Of a stretch of 64,000 nucleotides of DNA, positions 26,763-39,417 are shown in pieces. Under the pieces are notes generated by a model. It had not been told where the DNA came from, did no database searches, and saw only the letters and a list, made by a program, of their open reading frames with translations. Every line of letters starts with the position of its first letter. The stretch's first letter is position 1. The DNA is from an uncultured Deinococcaceae bacterium (GTDB lineage Bacteria > Deinococcota > Deinococci > Deinococcales > Deinococcaceae), in the NCBI GenBank assembly GCA_964252075.1, contig CAXULY010000022.1, positions 1 to 64,000 on the forward strand, given 5' to 3'. A program made the translations under genes and the position numbers.

Positions 26763-28192
26763 CAGCGGTCCAGCGCGCGCGTCAGCCAGTCCGCGAGGCG
26801 CGACGCCACCCGCCCGTACGGCGGGTACGCGAGCTGCACCGGGCTGAGGGTGCCCTCGCGCAGCACCGCCTTCTCGTGACTGAAGGTGCGGAAGCCGTGC
26901 AGGCCGTGCGAGGTGCCCATGCCGCTGCCGCCCACACCGCCGAAGGGCAGGGCGGGGTTCGAGAGGTGAAGGACGGTGCCGTTCACGACGAGCGCGCCGC
27001 TGCTCGTCTCGCGCGTCACGCGCGCCTGCGCCGCCGCGTCGCGCGTGAAGTGGTAGAGCGCGAGCGGCTTGTCGTTTGCGCGGATCAGCTGAATCACCTC
27101 ACCGAGGTCGCTGTAGGTCAGCACGGGCAGCACCGGTCCGAAGATCTCCTCCTGCATGAGCGGCATGTCCGGCGTGACGTCCGCGAGGACCGTGGGGGAC
27201 GCGAAGCGCGCCGCCGCGTCGAAGTGACCGCCGAACACCACCCGCGCGCCCTGCTGCACGGAGCCGCGCGTGAGGCGCTCCAGCCGCTGCACGGCGCCCG
27301 CGTCTATCAGGCGTCCGTACTCGCGCCCGTGCCGCTGCCAGCGCTCGCCGCCCAGGCGGCCCGCCACCACGCGGTCCAGGGCGAGCAGGAAGCGCTCCTG
27401 CACCCGTGCGTGCACCAGCACGTAGTCGGGCGCCACGCAGGTCTGACCGGCGTTCAGGAACTTGCCCCACACGACGCGCTCCGCCGCGAGCGCGAGGTCC
27501 GCGCTCTCGTCCACGATGGCGGGGCTCTTGCCACCCAGCTCCAGCGTGACGGACGTGAGGTGCTCGCTCGCCGCGCGCATCACCAGCCGCCCGATGCGCC
27601 CGCTGCCCGTGTAGAACACATGGTCGAAGGGCAGGGCCAGCAGCGCCTCGGCGGTCTCCGGCCCGCCCTGCACGACGCTCACCAGTTCCGGCGGGAAGGC
27701 CTCCTGAATGAGATCCGCGATGGCCTGGGCGGTGTGCGGCGTGCGCTCGCTGGGCTTCAGGATAGCGGTGTTGCCCGCCGCGATCGCCGCGATGAGCGGT
27801 GACAGCGTGAGCAGCAGCGGGTAATTCCAGGGACTGAGGATCAAGGTCACGCCGCGCGGCTCGGGCCGCACGGCGCTGCGGCTCCCGAACAGGGACAGCG
27901 GCGTGGGCACCGCCCTCGGCCGCATCCAGCGCGCGAGGTGCTGGCGCACGAACCGCAGCTCCTGCAGGACGGGATGCAGTTCGCTCACTTCGGTCTCGGC
28001 GCGGTGCTTGCCGAGGTCGCGCGCGACGGCCGCCGCGAGGTGCGCGCGGCGCGCCTTGATGAGCTGCCCGAGGCGGCGCAGCCGTGCGGCGCGGTCGTGT
28101 GCGGTGCTGGCGGCGGCCGTCCAGCGGTGCGTGCGCTGCGCCTCGAAGAGCGCGCGGAGCGGGGCAGTGGTGTCTCTGGGGGCCTCGATCAC
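26762..28192 (-). CDS. Aldehyde dehydrogenase (family 3-like)
   Basis: SPWNYP, TLELGGKSP, NAGQTCVAPDY, EEIFGP. Confidence 0.95.
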   Translation of the reverse strand: MIEAPRDTTAPLRALFEAQRTHRWTAAASTAHDRAARLRRLGQLIKARRAHLAAAVARDLGKHRAETEVSELHPVLQELRFVRQHLARWMRPRAVPTPLSLFGSRSAVRPEPRGVTLILSPWNYPLLLTLSPLIAAIAAGNTAILKPSERTPHTAQAIADLIQEAFPPELVSVVQGGPETAEALLALPFDHVFYTGSGRIGRLVMRAASEHLTSVTLELGGKSPAIVDESADLALAAERVVWGKFLNAGQTCVAPDYVLVHARVQERFLLALDRVVAGRLGGERWQRHGREYGRLIDAGAVQRLERLTRGSVQQGARVVFGGHFDAAARFASPTVLADVTPDMPLMQEEIFGPVLPVLTYSDLGEVIQLIRANDKPLALYHFTRDAAAQARVTRETSSGALVVNGTVLHLSNPALPFGGVGGSGMGTSHGLHGFRTFSHEKAVLREGTLSPVQLAYPPYGRVASRLADWLTRALDR

Positions 28193-28358
28193 GGCGGTGT
28201 CCTCCTGCGTCGCGCCCAGTGTACGCCGCTCCGTGCGGGCGCATTGTCACAACGTCAACGCAGCCTTTACGCGCCCGTTAGTTTGCACGCATGGCGACAG
28301 TGTGACGGGGGTGCCCCGCGTGTACTGGCGGAGCAGGAACACCACAAGGAGGAACACC

Positions 28359-28985
28359 ATGAACAAGACCCTGATGATCGCGCTCGGTGCGCTCGCACTG
28401 GCCGCCTGCGCCCCCATGAACACCACGTCCACCGCCGACACCTCGGGCAGCATGGCGACCACCAGCACCTCCATGAGCTCGGATGACAGCATGTCCGGCA
28501 CCAGCATGGCCGCCACCACCCCGGCCGCCAGCACCGCCACCGCCGCCCCGACCGTGAACACCGCGACGCCCACCACCACCAACGTCACGGGCACCACCAG
28601 CGGCAACTACACCTTCACGAAGCAGCCGACCGCGCCCGCGGGCATCACCCCCACGGGTCAGCTGGCCCTCAACGTGAGTGGCGGCGGCAGCGGCAACGAC
28701 AGCATCGACACGCTCGCGACCCTGAGCGGCCTCGCGCCGAACACGTACTACGTGGCGCACTACCACGTGCAGGGCACCGCCTCCGCCGACCCCTGCACCT
28801 CGAACGGCGCGCCCATCATGGCGACGGCCATCGTGGGCCGCTCGAGCGACACGGGCACCCTAACGCTGCGCAAGACCGTTGACCAGGCCACCGTCAAGAG
28901 CGCCACGTACTTCAACGTGCACACCGCCGCCGACGCGTCCGGCACCCCCGCCGACGCGGGCGTCGCCTGCACGCCCGTTCACTGA
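28359..28985 (+). CDS. Lipoprotein with Thr/Ser-rich linker and His/Cys-containing domain (Cu/Zn-SOD- or CHRD-like)
   Basis: AAGGAGG RBS; lipobox LAAC; GLAPNTYYVAHYH...C.SNG...YFNVH...VAC. Confidence 0.75.
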   Translation: MNKTLMIALGALALAACAPMNTTSTADTSGSMATTSTSMSSDDSMSGTSMAATTPAASTATAAPTVNTATPTTTNVTGTTSGNYTFTKQPTAPAGITPTGQLALNVSGGGSGNDSIDTLATLSGLAPNTYYVAHYHVQGTASADPCTSNGAPIMATAIVGRSSDTGTLTLRKTVDQATVKSATYFNVHTAADASGTPADAGVACTPVH

Positions 28986-28996
28986 TCGAGGCGTTG

Positions 28997-29031
28997 AGGG
29001 CGGCTGAGGGCACTCCCTCAGCCGCCCTTTT
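28997..29031 (+). terminator. Intrinsic terminator
   Basis: AGGGCGGCTGAGGG/CCCTCAGCCGCCCT stem plus T run. Confidence 0.85.
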
Positions 29032-29068
29032 CCTGGAGCCTGAAAGGCAGGGCGTCACGCCAGGGTGA

Positions 29069-30115
<1,047 letters not shown>

Positions 30116-30131
30116 CGGCGCCCCCCACCGC

Positions 30132-31238
30132 GTGAACGCCCGCACCATCCCCGACATGCTGCGCGCGTGGTGGCGCCTGCCGTGGCTGCGCCTGCTGGTG
30201 TACCTCGCGCTCGCGGTCCTCGCGTACCTGCTGGCGCGGCAGCTGACCAGCGTCATCGTGACGGGCGTCATCGCGTACGCCCTCGCCTACCTCGTGAACC
30301 CCCTGCTGGAGTGGTTGGAACGCCACCGCATCCGCCGGGTGTTCGGGGTGCTGCTCATCGTGCTGGTGGTGTTGGCGGTGGTGGCGCTGCTGTCCTGGAC
30401 GATCCTCGCGCAGGTCGTGAACCTCCTGAGTGACCTGCCGAACCTCGTGAAGCAGCTCGGCATCCTGGTGCAGCGCCTCCCCGGGTGGCTGGACAGCCTG
30501 CCGGGCCTGGACAACGTGCAGGCGCGCCTCACGAACTACCTGAACAGTCAGACGCAGCAGCTCAGCCAGAACGTCGTGCCGCTCCTGCAGCGGCTCCTCG
30601 CGTCGGGCGGCAGCGTGCTGGGCAGCGTCGCGAGCGTCGGCGGGTACCTGGGGCAGGTGCTGTTCGTGGTGACGCTCAGCATCTACTTCATGCTGGATTA
30701 CCGCCGCGTGGGGCCCAGCGTGCTGCGGCTCTTCCCGCGCACGTGGCAGCCCACCGTGGCGTCCCTGTCGAGCGACGTGAGCCTGTCCTTCGGCGCGTAC
30801 ATCCGCGGGCAGATCCTGATCGGCCTCGCGGTGGGCGTGCTGGTCGCGGTGGGCCTCCTCATCCTCGGCATCCCGAACGCGCTCGCCATTGGGCTCCTCG
30901 CGGCGGTGCTGGATATCGTGCCGTACCTCGGGCCGGTGCTGTCCGCGATTCCCGCCGTGCTGCTCGCCATTCCGGACGGGTGGGTGAAGGTCGTGCTGGT
31001 GGTGGCGGTGTTCGTGATTGCGAACCAGGTGGAGGGGAACTTCCTGTCGCCGTACATCCTCGGGAAGACCACCAACCTGAGTTCCGCGGCGGTGCTCCTC
31101 GCGATTCTGGCGGGCCTCGGTTTGGGCGGACTGGTGGGCGCGCTCCTCGCCATTCCGACCGCGACCCTCATCAAGCGCTGGATCGAGCACTACTGGATTC
31201 CCAGCCGCGCGCACGAGAACCCGCCCGACACCCCGTGA
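30132..31238 (+). CDS. AI-2E family transporter
   Basis: AYLVNP, YIRGQ, VPYLGP, QVEGNFLSP, GALLAIP. Confidence 0.9.
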   Translation: MNARTIPDMLRAWWRLPWLRLLVYLALAVLAYLLARQLTSVIVTGVIAYALAYLVNPLLEWLERHRIRRVFGVLLIVLVVLAVVALLSWTILAQVVNLLSDLPNLVKQLGILVQRLPGWLDSLPGLDNVQARLTNYLNSQTQQLSQNVVPLLQRLLASGGSVLGSVASVGGYLGQVLFVVTLSIYFMLDYRRVGPSVLRLFPRTWQPTVASLSSDVSLSFGAYIRGQILIGLAVGVLVAVGLLILGIPNALAIGLLAAVLDIVPYLGPVLSAIPAVLLAIPDGWVKVVLVVAVFVIANQVEGNFLSPYILGKTTNLSSAAVLLAILAGLGLGGLVGALLAIPTATLIKRWIEHYWIPSRAHENPPDTP

Positions 31239-31251
31239 ACGCGCACGAAAC

Positions 31252-31277
31252 AGGGGAGGCCCACATGGGCCTCCCCT
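31252..31277. terminator. Hairpin between convergent genes
   Basis: AGGGGAGGCCCA/TGGGCCTCCCCT. Confidence 0.75.
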
Positions 31278-31291
31278 TCGCGTCTGGTGCC

Positions 31292-31921
31292 TTACTGTGC
31301 GGCCTGGTAGCGCTGCGCGACGGCGTCCCAGTCCACGACGTTCCAGAAGGCCTTCAGGTAGTCCGGGCGGCGGTTCTGGTACTTCAGGTAGTACGCGTGC
31401 TCCCACACGTCCACGCCCAGGATGGGCGTGCCGCTCACGCCCGCGACGCCCTCGCCCATCAGGGGGTTGTCCTGGTTGGCGGTGCTCACCACGGCGAGGT
31501 TGCCGTTCTGCACGACCAGCCACGCCCAGCCGGACCCGAATCGCGTGGTGGCGGCCGCCTCGAACTTCTGCTTAAAGGCGTCGAAGGACCCGAAGGCCTC
31601 GTTGATGGCGTTCGCGAGGTCACCGGTGGGCTCGCCGCCCTTGCCCTGGCCGAGCACCGTCCAGAACAGGGAGTGGTTCACGTGCCCGCCCGCGTTGTTG
31701 CGCAGCGCGGTGCGCTTGTCATCCGGCACGCGCGACAGGTCCGCGATGAGCTGCTCGGGCGTGAGGTCCTGCAGTTCCGGCAGGGCCTCCAGCGCGGCGT
31801 TCGCGTTGTTCACGTAGGTCGCGTGGTGCTTGTCGTGGTGAATCTCCATGGTGCGCGCGTCGATGTGCGGCTCCAGCGCGTCGAAGGCGTAGGGCAGCGG
31901 GGGCAGTTCGTACTTGGGCAT
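31292..31921 (-). CDS. sodA: Superoxide dismutase (Mn/Fe family, Mn-type signature)
   Basis: [21 protein letters not shown]. Confidence 0.96.
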   Translation of the reverse strand: MPKYELPPLPYAFDALEPHIDARTMEIHHDKHHATYVNNANAALEALPELQDLTPEQLIADLSRVPDDKRTALRNNAGGHVNHSLFWTVLGQGKGGEPTGDLANAINEAFGSFDAFKQKFEAAATTRFGSGWAWLVVQNGNLAVVSTANQDNPLMGEGVAGVSGTPILGVDVWEHAYYLKYQNRRPDYLKAFWNVVDWDAVAQRYQAAQ

Positions 31922-32017
31922 GGTGGATCTCCTTTCGCAGCGCCGCACGGCGGGATGCCGCTGCGGCGACTCGGCCCTATCTAAACACCCTGGGGGCGGG
32001 GCCGAACAAGCAGTTTC

Positions 32018-32971
32018 TCACGATTCAGCCAGAACCGCCTCGGGGACGGCCCCACCGAGCGCCACCCAGGCGTTCAGCAGGTCGTCCGGCACGGGCGCCG
32101 TGAGGCGCAGCGTCTCGCCCGTCACGGGGTGCGGGATGGTGAGCTGCCACGCGTGCAGCGCCATGCGCGGGATGACCTCGCTGGGCCGCCCGTACGTGCT
32201 GTCCCCCACGATAGGGCTCTCCAGGTGCGCGAGGTGCACGCGGATCTGGTGCGTGCGGCCCGTGCGCGGCTCGCAGCGCACGAAGGCGTACGTGCGCCCC
32301 TGCGAGGTGTGCCGCGCGAGCGGCGCGAAGCGCGTCTGCGCCTCGCGTGGGGACGCGCCGCCCACCGTCATGCGCTGGCGTTCCTTCGGGTGCCGCCCGA
32401 TGGGCGCGTCCACGTTCACGGGCCGCTCGGCGGGCCAGCGCCCCCCGGCGAGCGCGAGATACACCTTGCGGGTCTCGCGGTCCTTGAAGGCCGCCGCGAG
32501 GCGCGCGTGCGCCTCCACGGTCTTTGCCACCACGATCACGCCGCTGGTGTCCTTGTCGAGGCGGTGCACGATGCCGGGCCGGTAGCCGTCCGGTCCCTCT
32601 GCGCCCTCCTGCTCCGGCAGGCTCATGCGCGCCAGCAGGGCGTTCACCAGGGTGCCCGTCACGAGGCCCGGCGCGGGGTGCGTCGCCATGCCGGGCGGCT
32701 TATTCACGGCGATGAGCGCGTCGTCCTCGAACAGCACGTCCAGCGGCACGTCCTCGGGCGCCACGTGCGACGGCGGCGGGGGCGGCACGTCCACCGCGAG
32801 CGCCTCGCCGCCCTTCAGCTTGTGGCCCGCCTTGCCCACCACGGCGCCGTTCACGAGCACCCGCCCGTTCGTGATCCACTGCGCGACCTGTGAGCGGCTC
32901 GCGCCGCTCAGGGCGGACAGGGCGGCGTCCAGGCGCCCGGGCGGCGCCTCGAACTTCAGGACGTCACTCAT
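32018..32971 (-). CDS. RluA family pseudouridine synthase (RluD-like, with S4 domain)
   Basis: RLD S4 segment, NKPPGM, HRLDKDTSG, TGRTHQIRVH. Confidence 0.92.
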   Translation of the reverse strand: MSDVLKFEAPPGRLDAALSALSGASRSQVAQWITNGRVLVNGAVVGKAGHKLKGGEALAVDVPPPPPSHVAPEDVPLDVLFEDDALIAVNKPPGMATHPAPGLVTGTLVNALLARMSLPEQEGAEGPDGYRPGIVHRLDKDTSGVIVVAKTVEAHARLAAAFKDRETRKVYLALAGGRWPAERPVNVDAPIGRHPKERQRMTVGGASPREAQTRFAPLARHTSQGRTYAFVRCEPRTGRTHQIRVHLAHLESPIVGDSTYGRPSEVIPRMALHAWQLTIPHPVTGETLRLTAPVPDDLLNAWVALGGAVPEAVLAES

Positions 32972-33040
32972 GCGCTTCACGCGGGTCGGGGAGGGTGGGG
33001 GCGTGGGTCATCCCATCAGGCTAGCGCGCGGTCCGGCACG

Positions 33041-33069
33041 AAACAGGGCCGGGGATTCATCCCCGGCCC
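33041..33069 (-). terminator. Terminator after hslO
   Basis: GGGCCGGGGAT/ATCCCCGGCCC stem followed by TGTTT on the minus strand. Confidence 0.75.
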
Positions 33070-33085
33070 CCTCCGCGTCCGTCCG

Positions 33086-33994
33086 TCAGGCTTCGGCGCG
33101 CTCCTCGTCCAGCGCGCGAATGGCGTCCGGCGAGATGTGGTAGCGCGTGCCGCACCAGTGGCACACGACTTCCTGCCCGCCCTCGTCGATCATCTCCTGG
33201 CGCTCCTCCGGCCCGAAGTACAGCAGGCTCGCCAGGGCGCGCTCCTCCGAGCAGCGGCACGAGAAGCGCGCGGGCAGCGCGTCCGGCAGCATCTCCAGCC
33301 CCAGGCCCTCGGTGGCCTGCTCGATGGCGCCCAGCAGGCCGCTGCGGCGCATGGCGTCCGTGAGGAGGCCCATGCCGCGTACGTTCGCCTCCAGGCGCGC
33401 CAGCACCTCGTCGCTCGCGCCGGGCAGCGCCTGCACCAGCAGGCCGCCCGCGCGCGCCACGCGCCCGCCCTCCTCGTACACGCCGAGCAGCAGCGCGCTC
33501 GGGATCTGCTCGCTCGCCGCGAGGTAGTACGCGAGGTCCTCGGCGATCTCGCCGCTCGTGAGGGGCACGCTGCCCGTGTACGGCTCGGCGTTGTCGAGGA
33601 GCCGCATCACGGCCACCTCGCCCTCGGTGCCCACGATGCCGCGCACGTCGAGCTTCCCGTCACTCTCGCGCAGGGGCAGGTCCGCGCCGGGGTTGCGCAC
33701 GTACCCGCGCACCTCGCCGTTCACGCCGCCCTCCGCGACGATCCAGCCGAGCGGACCGTCTCCCTGAATGCGGACCGTCACGCGGTCCGCGTCGCGCTTC
33801 CCGAGCACCTGCGCGAGCAGCAGCGAACCCGCGAGGCTGCGCCCCAGCGCCGCCGTGGCCGTCGCGCTGAGGTTGTGCCGCAACCGCGCGTCCTCCGCGA
33901 TGGCCGTCGCGTCCAGCGCCAGCACCCGCAGGGTGTGGTCGGCGGCGGTCCCGCGCAGGAGGTAGCTGCCTTGAATGTGTGCTTCTCCAGTCAT
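33086..33994 (-). CDS. hslO: Hsp33 redox-regulated chaperone
   Basis: [16 protein letters not shown] and C-terminal CRC...CHWC zinc motif. Confidence 0.95.
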   Translation of the reverse strand: MTGEAHIQGSYLLRGTAADHTLRVLALDATAIAEDARLRHNLSATATAALGRSLAGSLLLAQVLGKRDADRVTVRIQGDGPLGWIVAEGGVNGEVRGYVRNPGADLPLRESDGKLDVRGIVGTEGEVAVMRLLDNAEPYTGSVPLTSGEIAEDLAYYLAASEQIPSALLLGVYEEGGRVARAGGLLVQALPGASDEVLARLEANVRGMGLLTDAMRRSGLLGAIEQATEGLGLEMLPDALPARFSCRCSEERALASLLYFGPEERQEMIDEGGQEVVCHWCGTRYHISPDAIRALDEERAEA

Positions 33995-34074
33995 CAGGAG
34001 AGTGTAGAGACCCCCGCGGGGACGAATTGGGAGGCGCGTTGGGTTGACGGGATGGGGGCGAACCCCCACCCCCT

Positions 34075-35685
34075 TCAGCTGCCGTACTCCTTGCCGACCT
34101 TGGGCCGCAGGAGGCTCGGCAGGTCCAGCGGGAAGCTGAGGCCCGCCCCCGCGCCCATGCGCAGCGTCACGGCCTTGCGGGCGGCGTCCCAGCCGAGCTT
34201 CGCGCCGGGCAGGCGGCCCAGCGCGGCGAGCGGCAGGAACGGCTGGCCCTGGCGGTACAGGACGTTCGCGCTCACGGTGGCGTTGCCGCGCCCCAGCACC
34301 GCGCCGCGCGGCGTGAGCAGCACGAGTCGGCTGCCCGTGGCGCTCACGGCGGCCTGCAGCGGCAGGTAGATCACCCCGTCCTGCACGGTCGCGGCGAGCG
34401 CCGCCTGCGTGGCGCTCACCTGCGGGTCCGCGGGCGTGGGGGGCGTGCTGGCCTGCGGGGGTGGACCGCCGGGCACCGTGGCGGGCGGCGTGCTGGGCGT
34501 GGTGCGCGGCGGGGTGGTGGCCTGCGTGGCGCCCGGCAGGGCCGCGCTGGCCGCCGCGAGCGTCGCGGCCTTGCGGGCGCTCAATTCGCCCGCGTTCAGG
34601 GCGCGGCCCCAGCCGGCGGGCACCGCGCGGAAGCTCGGCCACGGCGCGAGCGCCAGCGGCCGGTACTTCTGAATGGCCTGCAGCTGACCGTCGCCGGTCG
34701 AGAAGTACAACGCGCCCGCGTCGGACACCGCCACGCCCGTGTCGATGCGCTTGCCGGTTGCGATGGTCCAGCCGGGTTTGCCCTGGCGCGTGATGGCGTG
34801 CAGCGTGCCCTTCAGATCGCCCACGAGGATCTGCCCGTCCGACAGTTCCACGGCGGGCGCGGCGATGGGCGCGCCCGCCTCGTAGGTCCACACGGGCCGC
34901 CCGTCCGTCGCGAAGCCGTACACGGTGCCGTCATAACTGCCGACCACCAGGCGGTTATCGCTCGTGATGATGGGCGTGGCGTTCACGAACAGTTTCGTGC
35001 CGTACTTCCAGCGCACCTGCCCCGCAGGGTCCAGCGAGTAGATGAACTTGTCGCTCGACCCGAAGTACACGTTGCCCTGCGCGTCCAGCGCGGGGCTGCC
35101 GAAGACCGCGCCGTTCGTGCGGAACACCCAGCGCTGCTTGCCCTGCGCGTCCAGCGCGATGAAGCCCAGCTGCTGACTGCCCAGGTAGATGTTGCCGCTG
35201 GCGTCCACGACGGGGCTGCTGAAGCTGCCGCCGGGCAGCTTGTACGTCCAGAGTTTCTGCCCGGCCGGGCTGAGGGCCACGACCGTGCCCGCGCTGGTGG
35301 CCACGATGAGGCTGCCGTCCGGGCGCAGCGCGGGGCTGGAGGCGATGTCGCCGTCCAGTTTCAGGCGCCACTCGGCCGCGCCGCTGGGGCTCAGGGCGTA
35401 CACGGTGTCGTCGTACGCGACCACGTACGTGCGGCCCTGGGGCGTCACGACCGGTTCGGCGCGCCCGATGTCGCCCAGTTTGAAGCTCCACTGCTCCTTG
35501 CCGCTCGCGTCGGTGCGGTGCACCGTGGCGTCCGAACCGATGAAGGTGAGGTCGCCGTTGTCGGACACGGCCAGGCTGCCGAGGACCTTCAGGTCTTTCG
35601 TCCAGTTGACCTGCGGCGCCGCCGCGAGGGCCAGCGAGCTCGCAAGCTGAAGAATGATTAAAGGGATTGTGGGGGTTGTTCTCAT
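34075..35685 (-). CDS. Secreted PQQ-like beta-propeller protein (BamB-like repeats)
   Basis: Signal peptide; repeated SSP...GxxYxGSxD..xYAL...G..xW units; Pro/Thr linker and a small C-terminal domain. Confidence 0.85.
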   Translation of the reverse strand: MRTTPTIPLIILQLASSLALAAAPQVNWTKDLKVLGSLAVSDNGDLTFIGSDATVHRTDASGKEQWSFKLGDIGRAEPVVTPQGRTYVVAYDDTVYALSPSGAAEWRLKLDGDIASSPALRPDGSLIVATSAGTVVALSPAGQKLWTYKLPGGSFSSPVVDASGNIYLGSQQLGFIALDAQGKQRWVFRTNGAVFGSPALDAQGNVYFGSSDKFIYSLDPAGQVRWKYGTKLFVNATPIITSDNRLVVGSYDGTVYGFATDGRPVWTYEAGAPIAAPAVELSDGQILVGDLKGTLHAITRQGKPGWTIATGKRIDTGVAVSDAGALYFSTGDGQLQAIQKYRPLALAPWPSFRAVPAGWGRALNAGELSARKAATLAAASAALPGATQATTPPRTTPSTPPATVPGGPPPQASTPPTPADPQVSATQAALAATVQDGVIYLPLQAAVSATGSRLVLLTPRGAVLGRGNATVSANVLYRQGQPFLPLAALGRLPGAKLGWDAARKAVTLRMGAGAGLSFPLDLPSLLRPKVGKEYGS

Positions 35686-35782
35686 TCTGTGGCGTGCTCC
35701 TTTACGCTCCTTTTAGACAGAGCTTTGGGGAATTTTAGACTCATCGAGCCTATAAAAAGGGCTCCTTAAGATGTTAAGTGCT

Positions 35783-36625
<843 letters not shown>

Positions 36626-36640
36626 GACGCGCCAGACGGC

Positions 36641-36674
36641 GGGACGCCCCCACTGGGGGCGTCCTTCCTTTCTT
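36641..36674 (+). terminator. Terminator between convergent genes
   Basis: GGACGCCCCCA/TGGGGGCGTCC inverted repeat plus T-rich tail. Confidence 0.75.
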
Positions 36675-36684
36675 CCGGTGGGGC

Positions 36685-39417
36685 TCAACCCTCGATGCGC
36701 TGCGCGCGGCTGCCCGCCACGCTCTTCGTGACGAGGATGCGCGCGGGCATGCGCTCCGACAGGCTCTCCACGTGCGTGATGACGCCCACCATGCGGCCCT
36801 GCGTGCGCAGGTTCTCCAGCGCGAGCGCCACGGACTCCAGCGCCTGCGGGTCGAGCGTCCCGAAGCCCTCATCCAGGAAGAGCGCGCCCAGGATGCGGTT
36901 CCCCGCGAGGTAATCGCTCAGCGCGATGGCCAGCGACAGGCTCGCCAGGAAGGTCTCGCCGCCGGACAGGGTCTTCACGCCGCGCGTCTCGCCCGCGTTC
37001 CAGAGGTCCTGCACGGCGTAGTCGCCCTGCACCAGCACGAGGCGGTAGCGCCCGTCGCTGATCTCGAAGAGCAGCTCACCCGCGCGCGTGAGGAGCTGCG
37101 CCTCGACCTCCTGCAGCAGGTACTGCTGGAATTCGTTGGCGCGCAGGGACTGCGCGAGGGCGTTCCAGGTGTCGTACTCCCGCGCGAGGCTCGCGGCGCG
37201 CCCCTCCAGGTCCTGTTTGCGGCGCAGCCGCTCCTCGCCGGACCGCACCTGCTCGGTGAGTGCGCCCAGCCGTTCGCGGGCCGAGCCGAGCGCCGCCTCG
37301 GTCGCGGCGAGGTCCCGCTCGCGCGTCCGGAGCGCCTCCGGGGAGGCCTTCTGGCCCTCCAGGCGCACCTCCAGGATGCGCAGCGCCTCCCGCACGCGGC
37401 CCAGCTGCGCGTCGAAGTCCCGCTGCGCGGCCTCCAGGCGCAGGACCTCCGCTTCGGGCAGCGCGGCGGCGCGCGCACTCGCCTCGTCCAGGCCCAGGGC
37501 GCTCAGGGCCTGACGGGCGGCCTCCGCGGCCTCGGTGCGCTCGCCCGCGCGCAGGTGCGCGGTCCCGGCGGCGGCGTCCGCGCCCGCCTGCGCGGCGGCG
37601 AGGGCGCTGGCCGCCTGCGCCTGCGCGGTGCGGGCCTGCTGCTCGTCCTGCCGCGCCATCTGGATCTCCGCGAGGAGCGCTCGGCGCCGGGCGGCGGGGT
37701 CGCCCCCCAGGCTCCGCAACTGCCCCGCGAGGCCCGCCATCAGGCGCGCAGTGGTCTCGGCGGCCTGCGGGTCCAGCGTGGCTTCCAGGGCCTTCAGGTC
37801 CGCCTCCCGGCCCTGCACGGCCTGCTCCCAGTCGCGCAGCTCCGCGCGCGCGGCCTCCAGGGTCCTGGCCCGCTCGCGGACCGCCGAGCGCAGGTCCGCG
37901 AAGCGCTCCCGCAGGCGGTCGCGGGTGCCCTCCAGCGCCTTGACCTCGGCGGTCAGGGCGCTCAGGTCCTCGGTGGGCGCGTCGGGCAGCGCCGTCACGG
38001 TCTGCGTGCACAGCGGGCACGGCTCACCCAGATGCAGGTGCGCGCGGTGCGCGGCCAGCCCGGCGCGCGCCTGCGCGTCCGCGAGGCGGGCCTGCGCCTG
38101 CGTGAGCGCCATGCCCGCCTGCCGCCCCTCCGCCTCGGTGCGGGCCAGCTCGACTTCCTGACTGTTTTGCAGGGTCTCGTCCGCCAGCACGCGCGTGCGG
38201 CGCGCCTGCGCCCCGGCGCGCTCGGCGTCCAGCGTCACGCGGTCGCGGCGCAGCTGCTCACCTTTCTGGGCGGCGTCGCGGGCCCGCAGGAAGGCGTCCT
38301 CGTCCCACGGCAGGGGCCGCGCGTGGCTCGCGTCCGGCTTGCCGCCGTAGCGCCGCAGGGTGCCCTGCAGGCCCTCCGCGTCGCGCAGCCGCTCGGCCTG
38401 CGCCTCCAGCTCCGGAATGCGGGCGCCCGCCTGCTCGGCGTGCAGGAGCGCCTCGGCCGCGTGCCCCAGCACCGCCTGCGCGGCCCGGACCGCCTGCTGG
38501 CGGACCTGCAGGTCCGCGTCCGCCTTGTGCGCCGCCGCCTGCGCCCTTCGGGCGGCGTCCAGCAGCGGCAGGGCGCCCGCCACCCGCCGCGCCGTGGCGG
38601 CGCGCCGCGCGCCCGCCGCCACCGGCTCCGCCTGGGCCTCCAGGCCTTCCAGCGTGCGCCGCGCGGCGTCCCGCTCCGTCAGCCAGCCCACCAGCTGCGT
38701 GAGGCGCGTCACGTCCGCGGCGGTCGCCTCGCGCTCGCCCGTGAGGCGCTGCGCCTCGGCCTCCATGCGCTCGGCCTCCTCGCGCCAGCCGGTCAGCAAC
38801 TCCACGCTCACGCCCGCGTACTCGCCGTCCAGCAGGGCCTGCACGCCGCCCAGCTCGGTCTTCAGGTCGCGCCCGCGCTCGCCCGCCACCTCGAACATGC
38901 GCCGCACGTGCGCCATGTTCATCAGGTCGCCCAGCAGCTTCTGGCGGTCCTTGTCACTGCCCTTCAGGAAGGTGTCGAACTGCCCCTGCGGCAGCAGCAC
39001 CGCGCGCGTGAAGGCCTCGAAATCCAGCCCGACGGCCTTCGTCACGAGGTCCTGAATCTGCGCCTTCTTGTTCTCCGCGAGGTTGATGGCGCGCCCCTCT
39101 TTGTACTGCTCGAAGCGCAGGTCGTTCTCCGCCGTGCGGCGACCCCAGGTGCGCGCGACGCGGTAGCGCTCGCCGCCCGCCTCAAACTCCAGCGCCACCG
39201 CGAGGCCCCGCTCGCCCTGCGAGATCAGGGCGTCCATGCCGCGCCCACCCAGGCGCGGGGTACGCCCGTACAAGGCGAAGGTCATGGCGTCCAACAGGCT
39301 GCTCTTGCCGCTCCCCGTCTGCCCCTGAATGGCGTAGAGCTGCATGTCCGTGAAGTCCACCTCGGTGTGCTCGCGGAAGCAGGTGAAGCCCTGAATGGTC
39401 AGCTTGATGGGCTTCAC
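36685..39417 (-). CDS. sbcC: SbcC (Rad50-like) ATPase
   Basis: GQTGSGKS, LLPQGQF, zinc hook CPLC, LSGGE, LFLDEGFG. Confidence 0.95.
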   Translation of the reverse strand: MKPIKLTIQGFTCFREHTEVDFTDMQLYAIQGQTGSGKSSLLDAMTFALYGRTPRLGGRGMDALISQGERGLAVALEFEAGGERYRVARTWGRRTAENDLRFEQYKEGRAINLAENKKAQIQDLVTKAVGLDFEAFTRAVLLPQGQFDTFLKGSDKDRQKLLGDLMNMAHVRRMFEVAGERGRDLKTELGGVQALLDGEYAGVSVELLTGWREEAERMEAEAQRLTGEREATAADVTRLTQLVGWLTERDAARRTLEGLEAQAEPVAAGARRAATARRVAGALPLLDAARRAQAAAHKADADLQVRQQAVRAAQAVLGHAAEALLHAEQAGARIPELEAQAERLRDAEGLQGTLRRYGGKPDASHARPLPWDEDAFLRARDAAQKGEQLRRDRVTLDAERAGAQARRTRVLADETLQNSQEVELARTEAEGRQAGMALTQAQARLADAQARAGLAAHRAHLHLGEPCPLCTQTVTALPDAPTEDLSALTAEVKALEGTRDRLRERFADLRSAVRERARTLEAARAELRDWEQAVQGREADLKALEATLDPQAAETTARLMAGLAGQLRSLGGDPAARRRALLAEIQMARQDEQQARTAQAQAASALAAAQAGADAAAGTAHLRAGERTEAAEAARQALSALGLDEASARAAALPEAEVLRLEAAQRDFDAQLGRVREALRILEVRLEGQKASPEALRTRERDLAATEAALGSARERLGALTEQVRSGEERLRRKQDLEGRAASLAREYDTWNALAQSLRANEFQQYLLQEVEAQLLTRAGELLFEISDGRYRLVLVQGDYAVQDLWNAGETRGVKTLSGGETFLASLSLAIALSDYLAGNRILGALFLDEGFGTLDPQALESVALALENLRTQGRMVGVITHVESLSERMPARILVTKSVAGSRAQRIEG

